DNA of 64,000 nucleotides from an uncultured Brevifollis sp. (GCA_964421275.1 CAYQWE010000013.1:24672-88671); one strand, 5' to 3'; positions 1-10,246 are shown, counted from the stretch's first letter. The notes: generated from the letters alone by a model not told the origin. Numbers and translations: made by a program.

Positions 1-1
1 C

Positions 2-1078
2 CTGGCGAACCTCGACATTACTGGCGCGCGTCTGATGCTCGCGGGTCGTTCTCGGCGCGAGTTCCGCCACATGAATCTTTTCCCGTATGCGCCGCATCTG
101 GCCTTCTGGCAGGCTCATCACGCGGGACTGGGCTTTGGCACGTTCATGCTGGGCACCGGCGGTGGGAAAACGCTCGGCACTGACGGCAACATCAAGCTCA
201 TCGACAAAATCCAGCCGGACATCCTCATTGGCATGCCGACGTTCATTTATCACCTGCTGCGTGAGGCGCATGAAACCGGTCATCATTGGCCGAACATGAA
301 GCGCCTTGTGCTCGGTGGTGAAAAAGTCGCTGAGGGCCTGCGCGCCCGGCTGCGCGACCTCTCCACCGCGCTTGGCAGTCCAGACGTGCATGTGATGGCC
401 ACTTATGGCTTCACCGAAGCGAAAATGGCCTGGCCGGAATGTGTTGGCGAGTCGCACGACTCATTCGGCTATCATCTCAGCCCTGATCTCGGCATGGTGG
501 AGATCATCGACCCGAAGACCGGCATGGTGCTGCCTGATGGCCAGCCAGGAGAGATCGTCTTCACGCCGCTCAACGCGCGTGGCACCGTGGTGCTGCGCTA
601 CCGCACAGGTGACATCGCCGAAGGTGGCCTTACTTGGGAGAGATGCCCGAATTGCGGCCGCACCTGCCAGCGTCTGCTTGGCCCCATCTCGCGTGTGAGC
701 GAGGTGCGTGAGCTGAAGATCGACAAGGTCAAAGGCACGCTGGTGAATTTCAACGTGCTCGAACACCTCCTCGACGACCAGCGTGGCATCGCTGCCTGGC
801 AGATCGAATTGCGCAAGCGGCACGACGATCCACTCGAAACCGACGAGGTGCATCTGCATCTCACCGCCGAGCCTGGCATGCGTGAGGCGGAGCTTGAGAG
901 CGCCGTCTCACGTCGCTTTCTCGAAGTCACCGAGATCACGCCAAACGAGCTGCATTTCCACCCGCTCGCCGAAATGCGCGATCAAATCGGAGTCGGCCGC
1001 CTCCTGAAGGAGGAAAAACTCGTCGATCACCGCCCCAAAACCACAACCGCCGCATCTCATGTGGCATTCAGCTCCTGA
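2..1078 (+). CDS. AMP-forming acyl-CoA ligase, phenylacetate-CoA ligase / coenzyme F390 synthetase-like (5' end outside window)
   Basis: The frame is open from nt 2 into listed ORF 35..1078. It carries PaaK-like adenylate-forming motifs (GMPTFIYHLL, LVLGGEKV, ATYGFTE, GEIVFTPL, VLRYRTGDI). It lies first in a beta-oxidation type gene row. Confidence 0.7.
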   Translation: MANLDITGARLMLAGRSRREFRHMNLFPYAPHLAFWQAHHAGLGFGTFMLGTGGGKTLGTDGNIKLIDKIQPDILIGMPTFIYHLLREAHETGHHWPNMKRLVLGGEKVAEGLRARLRDLSTALGSPDVHVMATYGFTEAKMAWPECVGESHDSFGYHLSPDLGMVEIIDPKTGMVLPDGQPGEIVFTPLNARGTVVLRYRTGDIAEGGLTWERCPNCGRTCQRLLGPISRVSEVRELKIDKVKGTLVNFNVLEHLLDDQRGIAAWQIELRKRHDDPLETDEVHLHLTAEPGMREAELESAVSRRFLEVTEITPNELHFHPLAEMRDQIGVGRLLKEEKLVDHRPKTTTAASHVAFSS

Positions 1079-1082
1079 TACC

Positions 1083-2354
1083 ATGAAAACTCCATCTCTC
1101 GTTATTGTCTCCGCTGTTCGCACGCCGTTCACGCGTGCGGGGACGGATCTCGCCCACCTTGACGCCGTCGATCTTGGCCGCCATGTGGTGGGCTCTTTGC
1201 TCACGCGCACCGGAATTGATCCGATGCTCGTCGATGAGACCATCTTTGGCTGCGTTGGCCAGCCTGCGGAGGCGATGAACATCGCCCGCGTTATCGCCCT
1301 GCGGGCAGGGTTGCCTGAATCGAAGCCTGCCATGACCGTGCACCGCAACTGTGCCTCCGGTCTGGAGGCAATCACACTCGCGCACGCGAAGATGTGCGCA
1401 GGGCAGGGGGAGGTCTTCATCGTCGGTGGCACGGATAGCATGAGCAACATGCCGCTATACTTCCCGAAGCCCGCGATGGCCAAATTTGCCGCCATGAGCC
1501 GTGCCCGCGATATGCGGGGCCGTGCGCTGGCCGCCCTGCATTTCCGCCCGGCGGACTTTGCTCCGGTGGTCGGCCTCAAAGTTGGTCTTACTGATGCATT
1601 CTCCGGCCTCAACATGGGCCAGACTGCGGAAGTTGTGGCGCGGGAGCATGGCATCACGCGTGAGATGCAGGATGCCTACGCGCTACGCAGCCACCTGCGT
1701 GCCACTCAGGCCAACCACCTGCTCGGCCAAGAAATCGCACCGGTACTCGGCAAAAATGTCGTCTCGGCTGACAACGGCATTCGCGTGGACACGAACTTGG
1801 ACAAGCTCGCCAGGCTGAAACCACTTTTTGACGCGCCCGTGGGCAGTGTGACCGCGGGAAATTCATCGCAGATCACCGACGGAGCCGTGGCGCTGCTCGT
1901 GGCGACGGAGGAGGCCGCCGCCGCGCATGGTTGGAAACCACTGGGCCGACTCGTGAGCTATGCGGCCACCGGCTGTGATCCGAAGCGCATGGGCTTGGGG
2001 CCGGTGCGTGCGCTGGATGCAGCCCTGCATCGCAGTGGTTGGAAGCTCGAAGATGCGGATGTCATCGAAATCAACGAGGCTTTCGCCGCTCAGGTGCTTG
2101 CCGTGCTGAAATGCCTCTCCGATCCGGCCAGTGCCCGCCGTGCCGGCCTAGAGGCCCCGTTGGGAGAACTCGATCCCGCCAGGGTGAATGCCTGCGGCGG
2201 TGCCATCGCGCTCGGCCATCCGGTAGGTGCCACCGGTGCCCGTCTCGTGCAAACCGCTCTCAATCAACTCCACGCTACGGACGGTCGCCGTGCCGTCGTC
2301 AGCCTCTGCGTCGGTGGCGGCCAAGGCATGGCGGCCTGCCTCGAAGCGCTTTGA
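1083..2354 (+). CDS. fadA: acetyl-CoA C-acyltransferase (thiolase)
   Basis: The ATG at 1083 (MKTPSLVIVSAVRTPF) is in frame with ORF 1059..2354. Thiolase signatures are present: RNCASGLEAI (Cys region), NEAFAAQVL, GGAIALGHPVGATGARL and CVGGGQG. Confidence 0.9.
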   Translation: MKTPSLVIVSAVRTPFTRAGTDLAHLDAVDLGRHVVGSLLTRTGIDPMLVDETIFGCVGQPAEAMNIARVIALRAGLPESKPAMTVHRNCASGLEAITLAHAKMCAGQGEVFIVGGTDSMSNMPLYFPKPAMAKFAAMSRARDMRGRALAALHFRPADFAPVVGLKVGLTDAFSGLNMGQTAEVVAREHGITREMQDAYALRSHLRATQANHLLGQEIAPVLGKNVVSADNGIRVDTNLDKLARLKPLFDAPVGSVTAGNSSQITDGAVALLVATEEAAAAHGWKPLGRLVSYAATGCDPKRMGLGPVRALDAALHRSGWKLEDADVIEINEAFAAQVLAVLKCLSDPASARRAGLEAPLGELDPARVNACGGAIALGHPVGATGARLVQTALNQLHATDGRRAVVSLCVGGGQGMAACLEAL

Positions 2355-2389
2355 ATTTCATTCCCCCAAACCTCATCCAACTCATTGCC

Positions 2390-4426
2390 ATGAAAACTCT
2401 ACTTCTCGACAAACCTTCCGTGATTCACGATCCTCCTCATGTTTTGGGATCCATCGTCCACGGGCATCCTTTTCCAGCAAAGCATTTCAAGCTCGACATC
2501 GACCACGATGGAATCGCTTGGCTTGTTTTCGACTCACCGAAAACTCCGGTGAATGTGTGGAACGAGGAAACCCTCCGCGAATTCAACCACAACCTCGAAT
2601 GCGTCGAGCACGATACGCGTGTGAAGGCGCTCGTGCTGCGCAGCGCCAAGGAGCGTATCTTTGTCGCCGGGGCTGATTTGAAGGCCGTCCGCAGCATGTC
2701 GCATGCACGGGTGAACGACCTCATCTGGCTCGGCCAAGCGGTGTTTGATCGGCTGGCCCGCCTGCAAGTGCCAAAAATCGCCGCGATCCATGGAGCGTGC
2801 ATGGGCGGCGGCTTTGAAGTCACGCTCGCATGTGACTGGCGCATCGCCAGCGACCATGAATCGACGAAGATCGGCCTGCCGGAGACACTGCTGGGCATCC
2901 TCCCGGCATGGGGCGGCTGCACCCGGCTGCCACGTCTCATCGGCGTGCGCAAGGCGCTCGATCTCATCTCTGCGGGCAAACTGCTCGGTGCCTCCGCCGC
3001 GAAGCATGCGGGCCTGGTGAGTCATGTGGTGGCTCCGGAGCATCTGGAGGCGCTCGCACGCAGGCTCACCCGAGAGAAACGCCCCCCCTCTCTCTTCCAT
3101 CTCGAAAACTTGTTCTCGCTCCTCATCGGTCGTGTCGCCAAAAAGAAAGCGCTGGCGAAGACGCGTGGCCTTTATCCCTCGATCACAAAAGCTGTGGATG
3201 TCATTGCGCATGCGGCGTGCGGCACGGTGGATGATGGGCTGAAGCTGGAGCGAGATGCCGTGGCCGAGCTCATCCAGAACCACGGCACGGAGCATTTGAT
3301 CGATCTTTTCTTCAAGCGCGAGGAGGCAAACAAACGTCCTGCGGCCATCGGGACGGCGATCCCCATCCACGACGCCACTGTGATTGGCGCTGGAGTGATG
3401 GGGGCTGGCATCGCGCATGCGCTAGCTTCGCGTGGCGTCCGAGTGCTGATGACCGACGTCACCAACGACAGCCTCGCGCGTGGCATGGAACGGATTCATG
3501 GCCTCGTTTCAGAAGCCACGCGTAGAAGGCTGGTGTCCAAGGTGCAGGCACGCGAGATGCTGGACCGCGTCAGCACCACTCATACGCCAGTGCCGCTCAC
3601 ACGACAGCAGCTTGTCATCGAGGCAGCCACGGAGAACATGGAGTTGAAGCGGAAAATTTTCATCGATCTCGCCGCCCGCGTCCAGGACGACACGATACTC
3701 GCCACGAACACGAGCGCGCTGTCTGTCAGCGAACTGGCGAGAGCCGTCCCGCATCCCGAGCGTGTCATCGGCATTCATTTCTTCAATCCGGTGCATCGCA
3801 TGCCGCTGGTGGAGATCATCACGCTGCCGGAGACCTCGCCAGATGTGCTCGCCTCGGCGGTCGGCTTTGTGCAGAAGCTTGGCAAGGTGCCTGTCGTGGT
3901 CAAAGACAGCCCCGGCTTCCTAGTGAACCGCATTCTGGTGCCCTATCTCATGGAAGCCGTGATGCTGCATGAGAAAGGCATTCCGGTGAAGGACATCGAC
4001 GAGGCGATGCTTGAATTCGGCATGCCGATGGGCCCGATGCGTCTGCTCGATGAAATCGGTCTCGATGTGGCCGTGCATGTCGCCAAGACACTTGCCGACG
4101 CCTTCCCGGATCGTTTCCCGAACACCGGCGCACTCGACAAGATGGTCGCCGCAGGCCATCTCGGCAAAAAAACTGGCCGAGGCTTCTACCGCTATGAGAA
4201 CGGCAGGGAAGTGCTGGATGATCGTCATTTCGATCTGCCGAAACATGAGAGCATCCGCAACAGCCTAGCCCTGCTGCTGAGCCAGGAGGCCATGCGCTGC
4301 CTCAAGGAAGGCATCGCCCGCAGCGCGGATGACATCGACCTCGCCATGGTGCTCGGCACCGGCTACCCGCCATTCCGCGGTGGCCCGATCACTTTCGCCC
4401 GGGACTCGGGCATGATTGATTATTAA
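2390..4426 (+). CDS. fadB: fused enoyl-CoA hydratase / 3-hydroxyacyl-CoA dehydrogenase (FadB/FadJ-like)
   Basis: The ATG at 2390 (MKTLLLDKPS) is in frame with ORF 2039..4426, and the upstream Arg/Cys-rich extension overlaps the thiolase gene. The crotonase part shows VAGADLK and GACMGGGFE. The dehydrogenase part shows VIGAGVMGAGIA and IGIHFFNPV. Confidence 0.9.
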   Translation: MKTLLLDKPSVIHDPPHVLGSIVHGHPFPAKHFKLDIDHDGIAWLVFDSPKTPVNVWNEETLREFNHNLECVEHDTRVKALVLRSAKERIFVAGADLKAVRSMSHARVNDLIWLGQAVFDRLARLQVPKIAAIHGACMGGGFEVTLACDWRIASDHESTKIGLPETLLGILPAWGGCTRLPRLIGVRKALDLISAGKLLGASAAKHAGLVSHVVAPEHLEALARRLTREKRPPSLFHLENLFSLLIGRVAKKKALAKTRGLYPSITKAVDVIAHAACGTVDDGLKLERDAVAELIQNHGTEHLIDLFFKREEANKRPAAIGTAIPIHDATVIGAGVMGAGIAHALASRGVRVLMTDVTNDSLARGMERIHGLVSEATRRRLVSKVQAREMLDRVSTTHTPVPLTRQQLVIEAATENMELKRKIFIDLAARVQDDTILATNTSALSVSELARAVPHPERVIGIHFFNPVHRMPLVEIITLPETSPDVLASAVGFVQKLGKVPVVVKDSPGFLVNRILVPYLMEAVMLHEKGIPVKDIDEAMLEFGMPMGPMRLLDEIGLDVAVHVAKTLADAFPDRFPNTGALDKMVAAGHLGKKTGRGFYRYENGREVLDDRHFDLPKHESIRNSLALLLSQEAMRCLKEGIARSADDIDLAMVLGTGYPPFRGGPITFARDSGMIDY

Positions 4427-4451
4427 AAACCCTCAACTGGAGACCAAGGCC

Positions 4452-6308
4452 ATGAAAACAACTCTGGAAGAAACCAACACGGACAACAAAGTCCTCATCG
4501 ACACGTCCCGCATGAACGCGGGGCAGCGCGCCGCCCTCGAAATGGCGGAAGCTGCACGCGACGAACGTCGCAACACCGGACTCGCCGCCGGCATCTTTTT
4601 TGGCGAACCTGACTTCGATAGGCTGCTGCCATTTCCGAAACAAAGCATCGAGGATCGCGATCAGGGGGATGCGTTCCTGCACCGACTGGAGGAGGTGCTC
4701 GACAAATCGGCCAATCCTGACGAGATCGATGCATCCGGCGAAGTCCCTGATGCGCTGCTGGACGAACTCGCGAAGATTGGTGCCTTTGGCATCAAGATTC
4801 CGACCAAATACGGCGGGCTCGGCTTGTCGCAGACGAATTATTCACGCGCGGCGATGCTGCTGGGCAGCCGCTGCGGCAATCTGGCCGCGTTGCTGTCCGC
4901 TCATCAGTCGATCGGCGCACCGCAGCCGCTGATCCTCTTCGGCACGGAGGAGCAGAAGGCGAAATATCTCCCGCGTTGTGCCAAGGGCGAGATCAGCGCC
5001 TTCGCTTTAACCGAAAACGATGTCGGTTCTGATCCAGCACGCATGAAAACCGAGGCGAAGCTGGATGCGGATGGTGAAAACTACCTGCTGAACGGCGAGA
5101 AGCTCTGGTGTACCAATGGCACGAAGGCTGGGATGATTGTGGTGATGGCCAGAACGCCCACAGCGGAGAAACCGCACGCAACGACGGCCTTCATCGTCGA
5201 AACGAACTGGCCCGGTGTCGAGATCATGCACCGCTGCCGTTTCATGGGCCTCAAGGCGCTCTACAACGGCGTGATCCGCTTCGAGAATGTGCGCGTTCCG
5301 GCGGCGAATGTGCTCGGTGGCGTCGGACGTGGGCTGAAGGTGGCCCTGACGACGCTGAACACAGGGCGCATCACGCTGCCCGCAGCCTGCACCGGATTGG
5401 CTAAGCGTTGCCTCGACATCAGCACACGCTGGACGAAGTCTCGCGTGCAGTGGGGGCAGCCGATTGTCCGCCATGCCGCCGTCGCGGACAAACTCAGCCG
5501 CATGGCCGCCGACACGTTCGCGATGGAGAGCGTGGTGCGTTACGTCTCCGCACTGGTGGACAAGGACAAGCATGCCGACGTGCGGCTGGAGGCCGCGATC
5601 GGCAAGATGTGGGGCAGTGAGAAGTCCTGGCGCATCATGGATGACACGATGCAGATTCGTGGCGGGCGTGGTTTTGAAACCGCGCAGTCACTCAAGGCGC
5701 GTGGCGAGGCTCCAGAGCCGGTGGAGCGCCTGTTTCGTGACTCGCGCATCAACACGATCTTCGAGGGCAGCAGCGAGATTATGCGGCTGTTCATCGCCCG
5801 CGAGGCGCTGGAGCCGCATCTGCGGCTCGGTGCGGACGCGGTGAACTCCACTCTGCATTGGAAAGTTCGTGCGAAGGCGGCTCTGCGTGCCGCGCGCTTC
5901 TACGCGAAATGGTATCCACTGAAATGGCTGCCGCTCGGCGCGGGAGACAAGCGCGATGTGCTGCATCCGTCGTTGCAATTTGATCTGGATGCCGTCGCCC
6001 GCCTCAGCCGCAAGCTGGCGCGTGATCTTTTCCTGGCGATGGCGCTGAACGGTCCGAAGCTCGAAAAGCGCCAGGTGGTGCTCGGCCATTTCGTTGACAT
6101 CGGCGCGGAGCTGTTCGTGTGGAGCTGCGCGCTGGCTCGTGTCGAAAGCATGGTGACCGACGCGTCCACCTCTGGTGCCGAGATCGACCGCTTGGTGCGT
6201 TTGGTGGTCTTCTTTGGCAAGGTGAGCCGTGAACGCATCACGGCGGGCTTTGCCAAACTCCGGGCCGGCATCGACAACGATGCATGGAAAGTCGCCCAGG
6301 AACTTTGA
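4452..6308 (+). CDS. long-form acyl-CoA dehydrogenase
   Basis: The ATG at 4452 (MKTTLEE) is in frame with ORF 4416..6308. ACAD-like blocks are present (FALTENDVGSDPA, WCTNG, MQIRGGRGFE, FEGSSEIM). It follows fadA/fadB on the same strand. Confidence 0.85.
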   Translation: MKTTLEETNTDNKVLIDTSRMNAGQRAALEMAEAARDERRNTGLAAGIFFGEPDFDRLLPFPKQSIEDRDQGDAFLHRLEEVLDKSANPDEIDASGEVPDALLDELAKIGAFGIKIPTKYGGLGLSQTNYSRAAMLLGSRCGNLAALLSAHQSIGAPQPLILFGTEEQKAKYLPRCAKGEISAFALTENDVGSDPARMKTEAKLDADGENYLLNGEKLWCTNGTKAGMIVVMARTPTAEKPHATTAFIVETNWPGVEIMHRCRFMGLKALYNGVIRFENVRVPAANVLGGVGRGLKVALTTLNTGRITLPAACTGLAKRCLDISTRWTKSRVQWGQPIVRHAAVADKLSRMAADTFAMESVVRYVSALVDKDKHADVRLEAAIGKMWGSEKSWRIMDDTMQIRGGRGFETAQSLKARGEAPEPVERLFRDSRINTIFEGSSEIMRLFIAREALEPHLRLGADAVNSTLHWKVRAKAALRAARFYAKWYPLKWLPLGAGDKRDVLHPSLQFDLDAVARLSRKLARDLFLAMALNGPKLEKRQVVLGHFVDIGAELFVWSCALARVESMVTDASTSGAEIDRLVRLVVFFGKVSRERITAGFAKLRAGIDNDAWKVAQEL

Positions 6309-6389
6309 ACTGGCGTGGTGGATGTCAGCTGGGTTAAAAGGTGGCCGGGTGTCATCACCCAGCCACATCCATCTCAAACATCCACCACC

Positions 6390-6806
6390 ATGCTCAACGA
6401 GTTCAAGCAGTTCATCTTCAAAGGCAATGTTGTCGATCTCTCCACTGGTGTCATTATCGGCGCGGCGTTCGGCACCATCGTCACCGCCTTCACGAAAGGC
6501 ATCATCGAGCCGCTCTTGAAGGCGCTGGGTGGGAATCCAAACGTGTCGCTTGGGATCAAGATCGGCGAGTTCGTCAATGAGAAGGGGGAGAAGCTCCCGA
6601 ACATGCTCGACATCGGCATGGTGATCAACGCGGCCATTGGTTTTGTGATCACTGCGGCGGTGATCTTCTTCGTGATCGTGAAGCCGATGAACAAGCTGAT
6701 GGCGATGATGAAAAAGCAGGAGACTGCGACCGCGCCAGCCGCGCCAGCCGCGCCTGCTGCGGACATCGTGCTGCTCACGGAAATCCGTGATCTGCTCAAG
6801 AAATGA
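6390..6806 (+). CDS. mscL: large-conductance mechanosensitive channel
   Basis: The ATG at 6390 gives MLNEFKQFIFKGNVVDLSTGVIIGAAFGTIVTAFTKGIIEPLL, the classic MscL N-terminus. The product is about 138 aa. Confidence 0.92.
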   Translation: MLNEFKQFIFKGNVVDLSTGVIIGAAFGTIVTAFTKGIIEPLLKALGGNPNVSLGIKIGEFVNEKGEKLPNMLDIGMVINAAIGFVITAAVIFFVIVKPMNKLMAMMKKQETATAPAAPAAPAADIVLLTEIRDLLKK

Positions 6807-6812
6807 GTCGTC

Positions 6813-8324
6813 TCACGGCGACTCGGGCTCCTCGCTGCGCTCGACGAAACGCATGGCGTGGTCGATGAAGCGCAGAAGTACGTCGTCGGTGGGGCCGTTG
6901 CGGTTCTTGGCGATGATGAGCATGGCCTCTCCGCGCTTTTTCTCCTCGGCTTCCTCATCCTCGACCTCCATTTTCGCGCCGGCGTAGTCGGCACGGGTGA
7001 GGAGGCCCACCATGTCGGCGTCCTGCTCGATGGAGCCGGATTCACGTAAATCGGAGAGTACGGGGCGCTGGCCTTTGCGCGATTCGACGGCACGATTGAG
7101 CTGGGCGAGGACGATGATCGGCACGTTGAGTTCCTTGGCGAGCCCCTTGATGCCGGCAGAGATTTCGGCGATCTCGATCTGGCGGTTGTCCTTCGCGCGA
7201 CGGCTGCCGCTGGTGACGAGCTGCAGGTAGTCGATCATGATCATCTGGATACCGTGCTGCTTCTTGAGTCGGCGTGACTTGGCGCGCATCTCCATGATGT
7301 CGAGGCCGGGTGTCTCATCGATGAATATCTGGGATTTTTGCAGCTCACGCGAAGCCTTGGCTAGCGCCTCTTGCTGCGCACGAGAGAGTAGGCCGCGCGA
7401 GAGGTCCTGCATGCTCAGACGCGCACGGGAAACGAGGAGACGGCGCACGAGCATCGTGGCGCTCATTTCGAGCGAAAAGACGGCGCAGGGCGTGTTGCAG
7501 TCCACGGCGATGTGCTCGACGATGTTCATCGCGAGCGAGGTCTTGCCCATCGATGGACGTGCAGCGATGACAAACATTTCACCGCCTTGCAGGCCGGAAC
7601 TCATTGAGTCGAGCTTGCTGTAGCCGGTGGAAAGGCCGCGAAGCTGGCCAGGATGCTCCAGCATGTACTGGATGCTGTCGATGGCATCCATGACGTGGGT
7701 CGAGAGCGTCTTGATGCCCTCTTTAGAACCGAACGATTCACGCACGGCGAGGACGCGCTGCTCAGCGTGGTCGATGAGTGTGTCGATGTTCTCATCCATC
7801 TGCTCTTTTCCATGCTCGTAGGCATGGTGGATGTTCAGGGAACTGGCGTGGATGAGCTCGCGCAGGACGTGCTTGTCGAGCACGATTTTTTTGTAGAAGG
7901 GGAAATGCGCAGGGATGGGGACGAAGGCGAAGAGCTCGGAGATCGCCGCTGCGCCGCCGACTTTGTCGAGCAGATTTTGATCCCGCAGCGCGTGCGTGAG
8001 CGTGACGGGATCGACGGGGAGGTTTTTGTCGTAAAACTCCAGCAGCTTCTCGTAGATGGTGCGGTTGGCCTCGTGGTAGAAGGCCAGCGCGGGCAAGTTG
8101 ACGCGACAGTCGCTGAGGCGCTCATTCGGGTCCTGGAGGAGGCAGGAGAGCACGCCTTTCTCAGCCTCGTCGCTGAAGGGCAATGCGCGGTTGAAGGAGG
8201 CCAGGAGCTCCTCCGCCGTGGGGATTTCGTTGCGTTTTTTAAATTTCTCCCGGTTTTGCGCCGGTGCTGCGACACCACCTGTCAGGGGGGGCGTGGTTGC
8301 GCTTGGAGTGGTGTTTTCAGCCAT
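6813..8324 (-). CDS. dnaB: replicative DNA helicase
   Basis: Start taken at MAENTT (8324), in frame with ORF 6813..8375. The DnaB N-domain reads PFSDEAEKGVLSCLL and the Walker A reads AARPSMGKTSLA. IMIDYLQL and IIVLAQLNR are also present. Confidence 0.93.
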   Translation of the reverse strand: MAENTTPSATTPPLTGGVAAPAQNREKFKKRNEIPTAEELLASFNRALPFSDEAEKGVLSCLLQDPNERLSDCRVNLPALAFYHEANRTIYEKLLEFYDKNLPVDPVTLTHALRDQNLLDKVGGAAAISELFAFVPIPAHFPFYKKIVLDKHVLRELIHASSLNIHHAYEHGKEQMDENIDTLIDHAEQRVLAVRESFGSKEGIKTLSTHVMDAIDSIQYMLEHPGQLRGLSTGYSKLDSMSSGLQGGEMFVIAARPSMGKTSLAMNIVEHIAVDCNTPCAVFSLEMSATMLVRRLLVSRARLSMQDLSRGLLSRAQQEALAKASRELQKSQIFIDETPGLDIMEMRAKSRRLKKQHGIQMIMIDYLQLVTSGSRRAKDNRQIEIAEISAGIKGLAKELNVPIIVLAQLNRAVESRKGQRPVLSDLRESGSIEQDADMVGLLTRADYAGAKMEVEDEEAEEKKRGEAMLIIAKNRNGPTDDVLLRFIDHAMRFVERSEEPESP

Positions 8325-8367
8325 GGAAGGGCGTCCAGAATGGCAGGCGGCTGGAAAGCCGTCAACG

Positions 8368-8391
8368 CCACACATATCAGTGATTGTGTGG
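8368..8391. promoter_or_regulatory. 7-bp-arm inverted repeat (CCACACA-N10-TGTGTGG) in the dnaB / Sel1-gene divergent intergenic region
   Basis: Read directly from the sequence. Its right arm overlaps TGTGGTTAA (8387-8395), one mismatch from the DnaA-box complement TGTGGATAA. Function is unknown. Confidence 0.25.
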
Positions 8392-8459
8392 TTAAGTTTG
8401 GGATGGAGAATAAAAATCTTTCAGCAAAAGCTTGATTTATATGGGCTTTCTTCTGAAAA

Positions 8460-10214
8460 ATGAACGCTCTACGGAGCACCGGGTCAAACGCCCCCTCTTC
8501 AATAACCAACCTTATGTTACTCACAGCCATCAAATTGAAACTCGCGGCCATGGTCGCGGTCGCCGGCATCGACACTGCCGAAATGCCCGGCGCATCGAAG
8601 GACTTCGTCGGTGTCCTTGAAAACCTTAAAACCCAGCAGGACAAGGTTTCCAAAAATCCCGGAAACAACAACGCTGATATCAACAAGGCGTTCAACGAGG
8701 CTGTGGCGAAGGTGCGTGAACTTGCCCAGAAAGGTGACAAGGACGCGACCTATGCGCTGGCCCACTGGGGAGTGCTGAGCGGGGCGAACATCAATGAGGT
8801 GGCTGCACTATACCGCAAAGCAGCGGATCAGGGACAGGTTTCCGCCAAGGCGGAGTTGGCCCAGGTGCTCATGAAGGCGGGAGCCCAGAATCCGGAGGCG
8901 GCCAAAGAGGCCATCAAGCTGATCAAGGAAGCCGAGGCGGCGGACAACAAGGTAGCGCGCCGCATGCTGGCGCAGCTTCACCTCCAAGGCGTCACAGAAG
9001 GCGAGAAGGGCACCGTGGTGGTTGAGAAGGACGTTCAAAAGGCCAAAGAGCTGCTTGAGAAGGGCGAGAAGGTGGGTGACGGAGAGGCCACGCTGGGACT
9101 TTCCCAGCTCTACTCCGCAGGTGTCCCAGGACTGACGCAGGATTATCAGAAGGCTCTGGATTACCTCATTGAGGCTGGTAAGCAGGGCAATGCTGTGGCG
9201 CTCAGCACCTATGGGGCCCGTTTGCTCAACGGCGATCCCGCCGAGCCGAAGGAAGGGCCGCATCTGGTGAAGAAAGACGTGGCCGCAGCCTTGAAGATGT
9301 TTGCTGATGCGGCTGACAAGGGTCTTGCCGCCGCCAACCGCATCCTCGGTCAGATTTATGAGAATGGTGTCGGTCAGGATGGTGCGGATGTGAAGCAGGA
9401 CATCCCGAAGGCGTTCGAATACTACACCAAGGCCTCCAATGGCAACGATCCGCAGGCACTTTTCCGCTTGGGCAATGCGTTTGAGACAGGCATCGTCAAG
9501 GATCCGAAAGGCAAGCGTGACGACAAGGACAACATCCTCATCCAGCCGAACCCGAAGAGCGCCCTCGACCTCTACCGTCTCGCCGCGCAGAACAACCTTG
9601 CGGAGGCGTTCTATAATGTCGGCGTTTATTACGAAACAGGCACGGTGGTGGACAAGGATCCCACCAAGGCATTTGCCTTTCACATGAAGGCGGCCACTGC
9701 CGGCATCGCGCAAGCCATGAACCGCCTCGCCGGTCTTTACGCCAACGGCACCGGGACGACCCAGGATCTCGTGGCAGCAGCAGGCTGGTATCAGCGTGCC
9801 GCCGACACCGGATTCGCCCCCGCGCAGATCGCGCTCGGCATGCTCTATGAACAGGGTGCTGGCGTTCGTCAGAGCCGCACCGTCGCCGCAGGTCATTATT
9901 CTGATGCTGCGCAGCAGGGCAATGTGTTGGCCATGCTCCGTCTCGCCAACTTGTACGCTGTGGGCATTGTCCCAGGCACGCCGGAGCTGCCGCGCGCATG
10001 GGCTTATGCCAAGCAGGCCGACGATCTCGTCCAGCAGGGTAGCGCTGCTGACAAGGACACCACCGCGAACATCCTGAAGCAGCTCGAGGCGAAGATGTCC
10101 GATGCTGACAAGGCCGAGGCGAAGAAGATCCACGACAAGCTTCCAAAGGCGCAACAAGCAGCCGCTGAACCAGCCAAAGAACCCGCTAAAGACGCGAAGA
10201 AGAAGGGTAAATAA
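8460..10214 (+). CDS. Sel1-like (SLR/TPR-class) repeat protein with Lys-rich tail
   Basis: About 36-aa repeats recur with the A..Y..AA.QG...A...LG..Y..G.GV..D pattern (for example AFEYYTKASNGNDPQALFRLGNAFETG and AAGWYQRAADTGFAPAQIALGMLYEQGAG). An alternative start at 8514 would give a more signal-peptide-like N-terminus. Confidence 0.85.
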   Translation: MNALRSTGSNAPSSITNLMLLTAIKLKLAAMVAVAGIDTAEMPGASKDFVGVLENLKTQQDKVSKNPGNNNADINKAFNEAVAKVRELAQKGDKDATYALAHWGVLSGANINEVAALYRKAADQGQVSAKAELAQVLMKAGAQNPEAAKEAIKLIKEAEAADNKVARRMLAQLHLQGVTEGEKGTVVVEKDVQKAKELLEKGEKVGDGEATLGLSQLYSAGVPGLTQDYQKALDYLIEAGKQGNAVALSTYGARLLNGDPAEPKEGPHLVKKDVAAALKMFADAADKGLAAANRILGQIYENGVGQDGADVKQDIPKAFEYYTKASNGNDPQALFRLGNAFETGIVKDPKGKRDDKDNILIQPNPKSALDLYRLAAQNNLAEAFYNVGVYYETGTVVDKDPTKAFAFHMKAATAGIAQAMNRLAGLYANGTGTTQDLVAAAGWYQRAADTGFAPAQIALGMLYEQGAGVRQSRTVAAGHYSDAAQQGNVLAMLRLANLYAVGIVPGTPELPRAWAYAKQADDLVQQGSAADKDTTANILKQLEAKMSDADKAEAKKIHDKLPKAQQAAAEPAKEPAKDAKKKGK

Positions 10215-10246
10215 GCGCTTGTCAAAGTAGAGCACTTTGCTAGTCT

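Noticed and set aside
2039-2389. N-terminal extensions of listed ORFs: 2039-2389 (fadB), 46640-47293 (glycosyltransferase), 48207-48347 (carB), 36019-36489, 57227-57418 and 15021-15158.
   Set aside because: The extensions overlap neighbouring genes or intergenic DNA and are Arg/Pro/Cys-rich. Each is followed by an internal ATG that begins a canonical family N-terminus, so I used the internal starts.
6804-6815. The convergent mscL and dnaB stops only 6 nt apart, considered as a special overlap or terminator feature.
   Set aside because: No hairpin fits in the gap. Tight convergent packing occurs elsewhere in this window (45425/45435, 58107/58123, 38040/38095), so it looks like general genome compaction.
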